DNA from: Rhodothermales bacterium | GTDB lineage: Bacteria > Bacteroidota > Rhodothermia > Rhodothermales > BA12 | NCBI GenBank assembly: GCA_963841855.1 | Contig: CAWJEJ010000005.1 | Span: 284,873 to 348,872, forward strand | Length of the DNA stretch: 64,000 bases | Direction of reading: 5' to 3' | Shown here: in pieces, positions 19,008 through 28,659 of the stretch | Layout: every line of letters begins with the position of its first letter | Numbering within the stretch: position 1 is the first letter of the stretch | Notes under the pieces: generated by a model | Told to the model about the DNA's origin: nothing | Database searches by the model: none | Seen by the model: the letters and a program-made list of their open reading frames with translations, nothing else | Made by a program: the position numbers and the translations under genes

Positions 19008-19123
19008 CGCTCATCTGCCCCCGGCGGCTGCCGAGGTTGGAGTTAGCACCTTCCCTTGCGCCGGAGCGGTCGGTGGTTGCCAGAGGATCGTAGGGCCAAA
19101 GTCCCTCCCCTCTTCTGGATGAG
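19008..19123 (-). promoter_or_regulatory. SAM-I (S-box) riboswitch aptamer
   Basis: Minus strand reads GCUCAUCCAGAAGAGGGGAGGGACUUUGGCCCUACGAUCCUCUGGCAACC...GGUGCUAACUCCAAC...GCAGAUGAGC. The P1 pairing GCUCAUC/GAUGAGC and the conserved GAGGGA, GGCCC, GCAACC and GGUGCUAA-UCC blocks are all present. Lies upstream of metY. Confidence 0.9.
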
Positions 19124-19314
19124 CACGCGAAAGGGATCGGCCTTTCGGGTAAGTGATGGCGCCAAACCGGCCGTCTCGCCAGACGGTTCCGAGAAGGCTG
19201 GATGAATCGAATGCGCGGATTGAGTTCGCCGTTTGCTCCAAGCGCGGCATTGCGAATCCGTTTCGGCTGGCTGGCGTCGCATCGGTTACCTTTTGCCTCT
19301 TCATCTCCCGACCT

Positions 19315-20190
19315 ATGTCCGCCCGCCTGATCGACGGAACCGCCATCGCCGCCGACGTGCGCGCCGACGTTGCAGCGGGCGTTGCCGTTCACACGTCCGA
19401 TGGGCGACGCGCTCCTTACCTCGCAGTCTTGCTCATCGGCGAGCACCCGGCGTCGGCCTCGTACGTGCGCGCCAAGACCAAGGCGGCCAGAGAAGCGGGC
19501 ATCGAGAGCCATACGATTCGCCACGCGGACACAATCTCACAGGCCGAGTTGCTCGCCGAGATCAAACGCCTAAACCAAGACGACTCGGTTGATGGGATCC
19601 TGGTCCAGCTTCCGCTTCCTGATCAGATCGACGAACAATCCGTCATCGAAGCGATCGCGCCCGGCAAAGACGTCGACGGCTTCCACCCGGTCAGCATCGG
19701 ACGCTTGCAGATCGGATCGGACGCATTCGCCCCGGCAACGCCCGCTGGTATCATCGAACTGCTCAGGCGCAGCGGCATCGAAACGAGTGGAGCGCACGCC
19801 GTCGTCGTGGGGCGCAGCAACATCGTCGGCAGGCCGATGGCCGGATTACTCCTGGCACGCGGCGTCGACGCGACGGTGACGGTGTGCCACAGCCGAACGC
19901 GCGATCTAGCCGCGATCACGCGGCAGGCCGACATCTTGATCGCCGCCATCGGGCGGGCTAACTTCGTCACGGCCGACATGGTCAAACCCGGCGCGGCCGT
20001 CATCGACGTGGGCATCAACCGCGTCGACGACGACACGCGCGAGCGCGGTTACCGGCTCGTTGGAGACGTCGACTTCGAGGCGGTGCGCCAAGTGGCGGGT
20101 GCGATCACGCCCGTTCCCGGCGGCGTCGGCCCGATGACGATCGCTCTCCTGCTGCGCAACACGTTGGAAGCAGCCAGACGATCGGCCTAG
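19315..20190 (+). CDS. folD: Bifunctional methylenetetrahydrofolate dehydrogenase/cyclohydrolase
   Basis: MSARLIDGTAIAADVRADV N-terminus, plus VVVGRSNIVGRPMAGLL and TPVPGGVGPMT motifs. Start set at ATG 19315. Confidence 0.9.
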   Translation: MSARLIDGTAIAADVRADVAAGVAVHTSDGRRAPYLAVLLIGEHPASASYVRAKTKAAREAGIESHTIRHADTISQAELLAEIKRLNQDDSVDGILVQLPLPDQIDEQSVIEAIAPGKDVDGFHPVSIGRLQIGSDAFAPATPAGIIELLRRSGIETSGAHAVVVGRSNIVGRPMAGLLLARGVDATVTVCHSRTRDLAAITRQADILIAAIGRANFVTADMVKPGAAVIDVGINRVDDDTRERGYRLVGDVDFEAVRQVAGAITPVPGGVGPMTIALLLRNTLEAARRSA

Positions 20191-20289
20191 AGAATCTTTC
20201 CCACTGCGTCGCCAAGCGGCGGCCTCGACTCACTTTATCCTCGGCCGACACACTGCCGAGCCCCTCTCCCACTGACGTTTCCGATTTCC

Positions 20290-21336
20290 ATGCAAGTTTC
20301 GATGCTTACGCCAGACGGTGAACCTGCCGTCGCCGACACGACGAGTTCTATCGGCGATCTCAGCGAACAGATCGGGCAGGCCGCAGGAGCTATCTCGCGC
20401 GGCGACGTGTCTGGATTCTGGCTCCAGACCCGCGAGGCAGGCATTGCTCTGGCGGCTGGGTTCATTCCGAAGCTGCTGCAAGCGTTCGTCGTCTTCCTGC
20501 TGCTCTACGTCGTGTACCGTGTCATTCGGGGTCTGCTGACGCGGGTGATGCACAAGAGCAAACATATTGACGCGGGCGTCGAATCGCTGGTCAACAAGTC
20601 GTTCCGCATCCTCGGGCTGACGATTATCAGCGTCATGGTGCTCGACCAACTGGGCGCCGACATCACGACGCTGCTGGCCGGTCTGTCGATCGTCGGCATC
20701 GCGGTCGGTTTTGCGTCCCAAGACACGGTTCAGAACTTCATTTCGGGCGTCACGATTCTGCTCGACCGGCCCTTCTCGGTCGGCGACCAGGTCGAGGTCG
20801 ACGGGACGTATGGGACGGTGATGGAGATCAGCCTTCGCTCGACGCGTCTGCGCACGCTCAACGACACGGTCATGGTGATGCCCAACGTGACGATGGTCAA
20901 CCAGAAGCTGATCAACCATGCGATGCTGCACCACGTCCGCGTCCAGGTGCCGTTCGGCATCGCGTACAAAGAGAATATGCAGGACGCCCGGGCTGCCGTT
21001 CTGGCCTCGCTCGAAGGCGACGACCGCATCGCGACGACGCCCGAACCCAAAGTCGTCGTGACCGAACTGGGCGACAGCAGCGTCAACATGGAGCTGCGCT
21101 TTTTCCTCGCAGACTCGAAGACCGAAATCCCGATGCGCTTCGAGTACGTCGAGAAGGTCAAGAATGCCTTGGATGCCGTCGACATCGAGATTCCGTTCCC
21201 TCACATGCAGCTGTTCATCGACGAGGCCAAAGGCTTCGAGAAGTCGTCGCTCTTTCGGGGCGGCGACGGTGCGAGCGGACAGGGCGGAGCAGGCGGCATC
21301 GGCAACGCGCCTCCTCCCACCATCACGGGTACCTGA
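20290..21336 (+). CDS. Mechanosensitive ion channel (MscS) family protein
   Basis: TM region followed by the MscS beta-domain pattern (LLDRPFSVGDQVEVDGTYGTVMEISLRSTRLRTLNDTVMVMPN). Confidence 0.8.
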   Translation: MQVSMLTPDGEPAVADTTSSIGDLSEQIGQAAGAISRGDVSGFWLQTREAGIALAAGFIPKLLQAFVVFLLLYVVYRVIRGLLTRVMHKSKHIDAGVESLVNKSFRILGLTIISVMVLDQLGADITTLLAGLSIVGIAVGFASQDTVQNFISGVTILLDRPFSVGDQVEVDGTYGTVMEISLRSTRLRTLNDTVMVMPNVTMVNQKLINHAMLHHVRVQVPFGIAYKENMQDARAAVLASLEGDDRIATTPEPKVVVTELGDSSVNMELRFFLADSKTEIPMRFEYVEKVKNALDAVDIEIPFPHMQLFIDEAKGFEKSSLFRGGDGASGQGGAGGIGNAPPPTITGT

Positions 21337-22763
21337 TGCCGCATTTGCGTTTCGCCTCGCCGATGCCCATTGGATCGGACGCCCTGTTCGAGTGGCACGC
21401 ACGCCCCGGCGCGTTTCAGCGTTTGGCTCCGCCGTGGACCGACATCCGCGTCAGCCGCATGGACGGAATACGCGACGGCGACGTGGCCGAGTTCAGCATC
21501 CACCCCGCTCCCGTCGGCCCCGGCATCCGCTGGAAAGCTGTCCACCAGGACTACTCGCCCGGCAAGGGCTTCACCGACGTGCAGGCGCGCGGCCCGTTCG
21601 CTTCATGGTCGCACCGCCACACGATGGAAGCCGCAGAAGGTGGCACCTCGCTGCTCGTCGACGCCATCGACTTCGACTTGCCCGCTGGCTCGCTGGGCAA
21701 CTTAGCTGCCGGTTGGGCCATTCGCTCCGAACTCGGGCGCCAGTTCGCCTACCGACACCGCACGACACACGCCGACTTGACTATGCACCAGACCTACGAC
21801 CTCTCGCCCATGCGCATCGCTATAACCGGAGCTTCGGGCCTGATCGGCACGGCTCTGACAGCGATGCTTCAAGGTGGAGGCCACACCGTCCTGCCGGTCA
21901 CGCGGAACGAGTCGCACAAGGATCCGGACGCCATCTTCTGGCAGCCGCGCCAGGGCGTAATCGAGGCCGAAAAGCTCGAAGGTCTGGACGCCGTGATCCA
22001 CCTGGCAGGCGAAAACATCTTCGCGCTCCGATGGACGGACGAGAAGAAGGAGCGCATCTTGCAGAGCCGTTTGCAGGGCACCGAACTGCTCGCCCGGACG
22101 CTCGCCAACCTCCAATCTCCGCCCAAGACGCTGCTCTCGGCGTCGGCTATCGGTATCTACGGCGACGCCGGCAACCGCATCCTGACCGAGGAGTCGCCGA
22201 TCTCCGAAACGGGTTTCCTGAGCCTCGTCACGCGTCAGTGGGAGCGCGCGACGCAGGCCGCCGAGGACGCCGGAATCCGCGTCGTGCATCTGCGGACGGG
22301 TATTGTGCTCTCGCCCAAAGCTGGAGCGCTCGAACTGATGCTGCCCGCGTTCAAGATGGGCGTCGGTGGGCGGCTGGGATCTCCGCACCAGTGGTTTTCG
22401 TGGATCGGACTGGACGACGCGGCAGGCGGCTACATTCACGCGCTGGCAACCGACGAACTGAGCGGCGCGGTCAACCTCGTGTCTCCCAACCCAGTCACGA
22501 TGGAAGAACTGGCCGCGACGCTCGGAGGCGTGCTCAAGCGCCCGACGTTTTTCAACGTCCCCGGCAGTGTCGCGCGCGCGCTGATGGGCGAGGTCGCCGA
22601 CGAAGCCCTCCTCCAGAGCGTCCGCGTGATGCCCGAGCAGCTAGTCGCAACCGACTACGCGTTTCGCGAGCCGCGTCTGGCCGGTCTGCTCCGCCACGTG
22701 CTAGGCAAGCAGAAGGCGCCGTTCGACGGATCGACCGAGAAGGCCGAGGCGACAGCGTCGTGA
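21336..22763 (+). CDS. SRPBCC domain fused to TIGR01777/YfcH-type NAD-dependent epimerase-like protein (DUF1731 C-terminus)
   Basis: The N-terminal ~150 aa are cyclase/dehydrase-like. They are followed by a Rossmann motif IAITGASGLIGTAL and the YfcH-like pattern (LSASAIGIYGD...). Confidence 0.65.
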   Translation: MPHLRFASPMPIGSDALFEWHARPGAFQRLAPPWTDIRVSRMDGIRDGDVAEFSIHPAPVGPGIRWKAVHQDYSPGKGFTDVQARGPFASWSHRHTMEAAEGGTSLLVDAIDFDLPAGSLGNLAAGWAIRSELGRQFAYRHRTTHADLTMHQTYDLSPMRIAITGASGLIGTALTAMLQGGGHTVLPVTRNESHKDPDAIFWQPRQGVIEAEKLEGLDAVIHLAGENIFALRWTDEKKERILQSRLQGTELLARTLANLQSPPKTLLSASAIGIYGDAGNRILTEESPISETGFLSLVTRQWERATQAAEDAGIRVVHLRTGIVLSPKAGALELMLPAFKMGVGGRLGSPHQWFSWIGLDDAAGGYIHALATDELSGAVNLVSPNPVTMEELAATLGGVLKRPTFFNVPGSVARALMGEVADEALLQSVRVMPEQLVATDYAFREPRLAGLLRHVLGKQKAPFDGSTEKAEATAS

Positions 22764-22784
22764 GCGTAGGTTTCCCGTTATTTC

Positions 22785-22817
22785 AAAGCTGTCAGATTTC
22801 GAAAACCTGACAGCTTT
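22785..22817. terminator. Bidirectional hairpin between convergent genes
   Basis: Perfect inverted repeat AAAGCTGTCAG-N11-CTGACAGCTTT, flanked by T/A-rich sequence. Lies between the convergent genes ending at 22763 and 22860. Confidence 0.6.
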
Positions 22818-22859
22818 CTATTCTGCATTCTTGCCACTCGGTCGCCCTCTGACGCGGCG

Positions 22860-24011
22860 TTAAAACGCGATCTGAACCTGGGCGCGAAAGGCGAACAGCG
22901 GATCGACGTCTTCTGCGGCAGGGAAAAACACGTCAGCGTTGAGCGCTAGCCGCGTGTTGCCGTCGGCGTACAGGTTGAGGCCAGGCGTGAGCAGGAATCC
23001 TTCGTCCTGACCTAGCGGACCGTCGGCGTCGGCGATGCTGAAGCGGATCAGGGGTTCGACGGCACTCAGCGGACCGGCGGCGACCCGGGAGCGGAACGCA
23101 GCCCATGCTTGAAACGCGCGGAAGTCGTGACCGAGGTACGGATCGAGCACGCCCAGCGCGGCTTCGGCCACCACGTGCACACCCGGCTCCCCGTACGCTC
23201 CGATCTGCACGTCCAGAGCAAAGCCCGACGCCCGTTTGGACTCGCCGGACGGATTGGCGCCCCGCGCATCGCTGCCCTCGACGCCAGGCGGATCGTCCCT
23301 GCTGTAGGCGCGGTTGCTGGCCGCCACGCCGATGAGCACTTTGTCCGCAAACTCGTATTGGACCCGGGCGGCCACTTGGCGGATGTCGGCGTCGGCGCCT
23401 TCCTCGCCCGTCGCGCCCGAGAAGTAGCCGCCTGCGTAGACGAACGATCCGGCCTCTCCGAGCACCTGCACGCCGACCGAACGCCCGGCGTAGGCGAGCG
23501 CTTCGAGCGTGCGGTAGAGTTCGACGGTTTCGGCGCCACGGAAGCGAGCGCCGCGTTCGATCGGCACCAGATTGGCCGCAGCCGTTGCGTCGATGATGCC
23601 GAACGGCCGTCCGCCTTTGCCCACGAGAATGCCGAACGCGGGCGTAAACTGGGCCAGCGCGTAGGCCTCGTTGAGTTCGGCGGATCCCCCCTCAGCCGCG
23701 TTGGCGAGTTCGGCCTGGATGCGTCCGCTAATAATGGGCGATATGCGCTCGCTCGCTCCTAGACGCACTCTGCGCAGCAGCAGTTCGGTAGCGTCGGCGC
23801 CCGCCCGGTTGGACGTGTTGAACTGCGTCTGCACGAGTCCGCTCATCTCGACGGTCGGCCCTTGGCCCAGATCAGGTTTTTCCGCGACCTCCGGGAGGAA
23901 ACGGGAGCGTTGGCGGCGAACATAAAACGCTGGCACTGGATATTGCCCGCCGCTCGTCGGCGGCGCAAGCTCCCTTTCCGACTCTTCACCAAGTCGGAGT
24001 AACCGCGCCAC
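22860..24011 (-). CDS. Porin O/P-like outer-membrane beta-barrel candidate (no signal peptide detected)
   Basis: Alternating beta-strand pattern with C-terminal ...FRAQVQIAF and an LLLRRVRLG segment typical of phosphate-selective porin O/P. The N-terminus after the GTG start is hydrophilic. Confidence 0.5.
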   Translation of the reverse strand: MARLLRLGEESERELAPPTSGGQYPVPAFYVRRQRSRFLPEVAEKPDLGQGPTVEMSGLVQTQFNTSNRAGADATELLLRRVRLGASERISPIISGRIQAELANAAEGGSAELNEAYALAQFTPAFGILVGKGGRPFGIIDATAAANLVPIERGARFRGAETVELYRTLEALAYAGRSVGVQVLGEAGSFVYAGGYFSGATGEEGADADIRQVAARVQYEFADKVLIGVAASNRAYSRDDPPGVEGSDARGANPSGESKRASGFALDVQIGAYGEPGVHVVAEAALGVLDPYLGHDFRAFQAWAAFRSRVAAGPLSAVEPLIRFSIADADGPLGQDEGFLLTPGLNLYADGNTRLALNADVFFPAAEDVDPLFAFRAQVQIAF

Positions 24012-24088
24012 GTGCCCGCCGTTGAGTTAGAAATGGGCGCTCCATATAGGCGCTCCGCTCTGCCCGTTTCCCCGCTCACTCTTCTTTC

Positions 24089-25378
24089 ATGCCCGACTTG
24101 GCCGCCGCGCCCACTGCTTCCCCCGTCGTCATCATCGGCGCCGGAGTCAGCGGGCTTGCCGCCGCGCGCACGCTCGACGCGGCAGGCGTTCCCACGCTGG
24201 TGGTCGATGCGGCCGACGCCGTCGGTGGGCGCATTCGGACAGATGAGGTGGGTGGATTCCGCATGGACCGCGGTTTTCAGGTCTACCTCGACGCTTATCC
24301 CGAACCGCCGCGCTTCGTCGACCTGTCGCGCCTCGACCTGCACGCTTTTGACGCCGGGGCGCTCGTCAGATTGAAAGACGGATTCTCTCGAATCGCCGAC
24401 CCGTTCCGCAACCCTCTGGGCGCTATCCCGACAGCGTTCAGTCCTGTCGGATCGTTGGCAGACAAGCTCAGAGTAGCCGTCTTACGCCGCACCGTCAAGC
24501 GGCTCAAGCTAAGCGACGTGTTCGCACGCGAAGAGATTACGACCGCCCAGGCGCTGCGCACGCGCTGGGGCTTCTCGCCTGCCATGATCGACCGCTTCTT
24601 CCGCCCGTTCTTGGGAGGCATCACCCTGGACCCCGACCTCAACGCGTCGAGCCGCATGTTCGAGTTCGTCTTCAAGATGTTCAGTGAGGGTCGCGCCACG
24701 CTTCCCAAAGGTGGCATGCAGGCGTTGCCCCACCTGATCGCCGCTCCTCTACCGGCAGGCACCATCCGGCTCAACGCGTCCGTTTCGGGTCTGGAAGAGA
24801 GCAGCGTCGTGCTCGCGAGCGGCGAGCGCCTCGACGCTTCCGCCATCGTCGTGGCTACCCACGCGCCCGCTGCCGAGCGGCTGGGTGTTATCCGAGACGC
24901 GCCCGCAACGCCGACCGGGGGGTTGGGCGAGGTCTGCTTTTACTACGCCGCTCCCACCTCGCCGACGCGAGGGCCGACGCTGGTGCTCAACGGAACCGGT
25001 GACGGTCCAATTACCAACCTGAGCGTACCCTCGGACGTGGCGCCCGGCTATGCGCCCGCTGGCGAGTCGCTCATCTGCGTGGTCGTCGTCGGCCTGCCGG
25101 ACGAGTCGGACGAAGTGTTGCAGCAGCGCGTGCGCGCTCAACTCGGCCGCTGGTATGGACCGGTCACCGCCGAGTGGCGCATGATGCGCAGCTACCGCAT
25201 CGTCTACGGTCTCCCCGATCAGTCGCCGCCGTTTCTTAGCCCGCGCGACAGCGACGTGCGCGTGCGCCCTGGCCTCTACCGCTGCGGCGACTGGGCCGCG
25301 ACCGCTTCGATCAACGGCGCCATGCGCAGCGGACGCCGAGCAGCCGAAGCCCTGCTAGCGGACCGAGCGGCAGCGTGA
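24089..25378 (+). CDS. NAD(P)/FAD-dependent oxidoreductase (amine-oxidase/phytoene-desaturase-like)
   Basis: Dinucleotide-binding N-terminus VVIIGAGVSGLAAARTL...VVDAADAVGGR. 429 aa. Confidence 0.75.
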   Translation: MPDLAAAPTASPVVIIGAGVSGLAAARTLDAAGVPTLVVDAADAVGGRIRTDEVGGFRMDRGFQVYLDAYPEPPRFVDLSRLDLHAFDAGALVRLKDGFSRIADPFRNPLGAIPTAFSPVGSLADKLRVAVLRRTVKRLKLSDVFAREEITTAQALRTRWGFSPAMIDRFFRPFLGGITLDPDLNASSRMFEFVFKMFSEGRATLPKGGMQALPHLIAAPLPAGTIRLNASVSGLEESSVVLASGERLDASAIVVATHAPAAERLGVIRDAPATPTGGLGEVCFYYAAPTSPTRGPTLVLNGTGDGPITNLSVPSDVAPGYAPAGESLICVVVVGLPDESDEVLQQRVRAQLGRWYGPVTAEWRMMRSYRIVYGLPDQSPPFLSPRDSDVRVRPGLYRCGDWAATASINGAMRSGRRAAEALLADRAAA

Positions 25379-25815
25379 AGGCGCTCATTCTTGCCCATGC
25401 CGCTTCGACGCTCGCGATGGTCGGCGTGATTCTCGTCATCCAACTCGTTCACTATCCTCTGTTCGCGGGAGTTGGGGCGAGCGGATTCGCCGCGTACGAA
25501 GCCGATCATGCACGCCGCATCTCCTGGATCGTGGTGCCTCTGATGCTGATCGAGTTGGCGACTGCAGTCGCACTCGTCGCCTACCGGCCCGACGCGTGGC
25601 CTGCCTGGGTTGCGTGGCTCGGCTTGATACTCGTCGGCGTGATCTGGGCATCGACAGCGCTGGCCTCCATTCCTGCACACAATGCTCTGTCCGGCGGCTG
25701 GGACGCTGCGTCCCACGCCAAATTGGTGTCGACCAACTGGATCCGAACCCTAGCCTGGATCGCCAGAGGCGCTCTCGTCGTGTGGACGCTGGCTCGGAGC
25801 ATGAGCGATACCTGA
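25375..25815 (+). CDS. Small 4-TM membrane protein (DUF1772-like candidate)
   Basis: 146 aa with four hydrophobic segments. Has a 4-nt overlap with the upstream oxidoreductase gene. Confidence 0.45.
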   Translation: MKALILAHAASTLAMVGVILVIQLVHYPLFAGVGASGFAAYEADHARRISWIVVPLMLIELATAVALVAYRPDAWPAWVAWLGLILVGVIWASTALASIPAHNALSGGWDAASHAKLVSTNWIRTLAWIARGALVVWTLARSMSDT

Positions 25816-25923
25816 AATCGGGCAATCCCTTTCGTATTACGCCGCACGCTGCCTGCTGCACCAGATCCGAACTCTTTTGCAGCACAGTCGTGCTCTCTCA
25901 CTCACTTAACCGCATTCGCATCC

Positions 25924-26220
25924 ATGATCGAAGCTACTTGGAACGGCGCCACGGTTGCTCAAAGCGACGCCACCGTCGTCATCGAAGGCAATCATTACTT
26001 CCCCGCTGACAGCCTGAATTGGGACGTACTCGATCCGACCGATTATCACACGACGTGTCCGTGGAAGGGCAAGGCGTCGTACTATTCGATCACGACGGGC
26101 GGGCAGACCAATGCCAATGCGGCATGGACCTATCCCGAACCCAAAGAAGCCGCCAGCGGGATCAAGGGTTACGTCGCGTTCTGGAAGGGCGTCGACGTGA
26201 GGGAGACGGCCGATGCCTGA
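25924..26220 (+). CDS. DUF427 domain protein
   Basis: 98 aa. Pattern ATWNGATVAQSD...IEGNHYFP...TTCPWKGKASYY...AAWTYPEP is typical of DUF427. Confidence 0.75.
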   Translation: MIEATWNGATVAQSDATVVIEGNHYFPADSLNWDVLDPTDYHTTCPWKGKASYYSITTGGQTNANAAWTYPEPKEAASGIKGYVAFWKGVDVRETADA

Positions 26221-26689
26221 CCTGATGACGCGCGCCGACCGATACGCCGAAACGCGGACGAGGATCGACGCGCTGCTCGAAGGCGAGACCGATTGGATCG
26301 CCGCGATGGCAACCGTCGCCTGCGAACTGCACCACGCGTTCGATCATTACGATTGGACTGGCTTCTACCGCCGCACCGCCCCGGCAATGCTGACGATCGG
26401 ACCCTACCAGGGCGGCCACGGCTGCCTGCGGATTCCCTACGCACGCGGCGTCTGCGGAGCCGCCGCTCGGACGCGAACGACCCACCTCGTGCCCGACGTA
26501 GACGCGTTTCCAGGCCACATCGCTTGCGCCAGTTCGACGCGCAGCGAGATCGTCGTGCCTGTCGTCACGCCGTCGGGCGATCTGCTTGCCGTCCTCGACG
26601 TGGACTCCAGCACGCCCGACGCCTTCGACGCCGATGATCGAACCGCGCTTGAAGACCTGTGTGCGATGCTCGGACGACGCTTCGGCTGA
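26213..26689 (+). CDS. GAF domain protein (free methionine-R-sulfoxide reductase MsrC/YebR-like)
   Basis: 158 aa. Pattern WTGFYR...LTIGPYQG...GCLRIPYARGVCG...VPDVDAFPGHIACASSTRSEIVVPV matches the YebR/MsrC GAF family. Confidence 0.7.
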   Translation: MPDLMTRADRYAETRTRIDALLEGETDWIAAMATVACELHHAFDHYDWTGFYRRTAPAMLTIGPYQGGHGCLRIPYARGVCGAAARTRTTHLVPDVDAFPGHIACASSTRSEIVVPVVTPSGDLLAVLDVDSSTPDAFDADDRTALEDLCAMLGRRFG

Positions 26690-26796
26690 GAACGACGCGC
26701 TGAACTCGGCCCTTCCAAAGTTGCCTAGTCTCAACGAAAGACTTTGGCTTAGCGGCCGCGTCGAAGAGTTGGCAACTTTTTCCTGCGCGCTTGCGC

Positions 26797-27120
26797 TTAT
26801 GCTCGCTGCATCAACTGCTCGCGACACGTCCACTCGGCAGCAGCCAGCCCGCCGACGAAGCACCCCTCGCCGATCAAGTGGATCAGTCCGAAAGCGATCG
26901 CGGATTCAAAGTGCGCCATGGCCAAGCCGAAGCAAACCGGCGTCCGAACCGCGTTGGCGACGCCCGTAAGCACCAGCACCCCACGCGGCACACCGTGCCA
27001 CTCGCTCAGCCAACCGCTCAGAACCAGCACAACCACGCCGACGACTCCACCCGCGATGCAGTCGACCCACAACAGCTTCGAAGCCACGGCGGTCCGACTG
27101 TCAACGGGTCGAAGAATCAC
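26797..27120 (-). CDS. Small hypothetical membrane protein
   Basis: 107 aa with about 3 hydrophobic segments. Starts 6 nt after the stop of the phosphohexomutase gene, on the same strand. Confidence 0.4.
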   Translation of the reverse strand: MILRPVDSRTAVASKLLWVDCIAGGVVGVVVLVLSGWLSEWHGVPRGVLVLTGVANAVRTPVCFGLAMAHFESAIAFGLIHLIGEGCFVGGLAAAEWTCREQLMQRA

Positions 27121-27126
27121 GTCTCG

Positions 27127-28539
27127 CTAGGCGTCCAGATCCAACTGCGCCATCGCGTCGGCGACGACGGCGCGTGCTTCGGCTTCAGTCGGCGCTTCGG
27201 CGTAGACGCGCAGGACCGGCTCGGTCCCGGATGGACGAACGAGCAGCCAGCGGTCGCCCATGAGGTATTTGAAACCGTCGAGCGTCTGCACCTCAGACAC
27301 GACGTGCCCACCGACGCTGGACAACCCGCCGGACGACAGGCGCTCCAACACGGCTGCCTTGCGTTCGTGCGTCGTGTGCACGTCGACGCGGATGCTGCGG
27401 TGGTTGCCGAACTCGTCGAACAGCTCTTGCACCAACTCGGACAGCTTCTTGCCTCTGCGGACCATCATCTCGACGATCAGCAGGCCGATGTAGATGCCGT
27501 CGCGCTCGGGAATGTGACCTTTGACTGCCATGCCGCCGCTCTCCTCACCGCCCACGATCACGTCACCGTCGACGATCATCTTGCCGATGTACTTGAAGCC
27601 GATCTGCGTCGTCTCGACCGGCAATCCGTAGCGCTCGCCCATCTTGTCGAGCATCTGCGTCGTCGAGAACGTTTTGACGATGGAGCCGGAAAGCCCTCGC
27701 TCCTGGTGGAGGTATTTGACGAGCAGCGCCAGCAATTGGTGCGAGTCGACGAAGGCGCCGGTTTCGTCGTACATGCCGATGCGGTCGGCGTCACCGTCGT
27801 TGGCTAGACCAGCAGCGCAGCCTTCGCGGACGATCGTTGCGCTGAGTTCGCCCAGGTTGCGCTCGATAGGCTCGGGCGCCTGCCCCATCATGCCCGGGTT
27901 GAACGTGTCGTGCATCGAAACGACGTTCTCGGCACCGATCAGGTCGGCGACCAGTCCACGTCCCGCTCCGTACATCGCGTCGTGGGCGATCTTGAGTCCG
28001 CTAGAGGCGATGGCGTCCACGTCCAACCGCTCGCGGAGTACGTCGAGGTAATCGCCGGTCACGTCGCGCTCCTCGATTAGCCCGGCGTTCATCAGGTCGG
28101 CCAGTGATTTCAACTCGTAGCTGTCCGCGCCGTCGTAGTCGTAGCGCTCTTCGACGGCCGCGATCTGCTCGGGCGAGGCCGGTCCGCCGAACGAGGCTTT
28201 GATTTTGAAACCCGAGTAGCTGGGCGGGTTGTGACTCGCCGTGATCACGATGCCCGCGCTCAGTCCATAACCCAACGCGCCCCACGAGATGGCCGGAGTC
28301 GGAGCGACGCGCGATGCGAGGATGACACGGACGCCGAGCGAGGCGAAGACGCGGGCCGAATACTCGCTGAATGCGCGCCCCTGAAACCGCGTGTCGTGGC
28401 CCAGCACGACTGCCGGATCGTCGCCCGCCGTATCGAGCAACCACTGAGCGGTCGCTCGGCTGACGATTTCGAGGTTGACGTAGGTAAAGTCGTCGCCGAT
28501 GACGGCGCGCCAGCCGTCGGTACCGAATTTGATAGACAT
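27127..28539 (-). CDS. Phosphoglucomutase/phosphomannomutase family protein
   Basis: MSIKFGTDGWR N-terminus and phosphoserine loop ITASHNPPSYSGFK. Start set at ATG 28539. Confidence 0.85.
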   Translation of the reverse strand: MSIKFGTDGWRAVIGDDFTYVNLEIVSRATAQWLLDTAGDDPAVVLGHDTRFQGRAFSEYSARVFASLGVRVILASRVAPTPAISWGALGYGLSAGIVITASHNPPSYSGFKIKASFGGPASPEQIAAVEERYDYDGADSYELKSLADLMNAGLIEERDVTGDYLDVLRERLDVDAIASSGLKIAHDAMYGAGRGLVADLIGAENVVSMHDTFNPGMMGQAPEPIERNLGELSATIVREGCAAGLANDGDADRIGMYDETGAFVDSHQLLALLVKYLHQERGLSGSIVKTFSTTQMLDKMGERYGLPVETTQIGFKYIGKMIVDGDVIVGGEESGGMAVKGHIPERDGIYIGLLIVEMMVRRGKKLSELVQELFDEFGNHRSIRVDVHTTHERKAAVLERLSSGGLSSVGGHVVSEVQTLDGFKYLMGDRWLLVRPSGTEPVLRVYAEAPTEAEARAVVADAMAQLDLDA

Positions 28540-28659
28540 GCGAGAGGTCGAAGTTGGGTGAGCGGGCAACCTACGGCGATCGCAGGCGCCGCATCAATAC
28601 GGAGCGCCAGCGCCGCTCGCGTATTGCCCAACCGTTCCAGGCGGCAGAAGAAAACGGAA

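Noticed and set aside
20230-22810. Long ORFs 20230-21402 (minus strand) and 21164-22810 (plus strand, 548 aa)
   Set aside because: They overlap the MscS-family and SRPBCC/YfcH genes, either antisense or out of frame. Their extreme Arg/Pro/Gly content is not protein-like.
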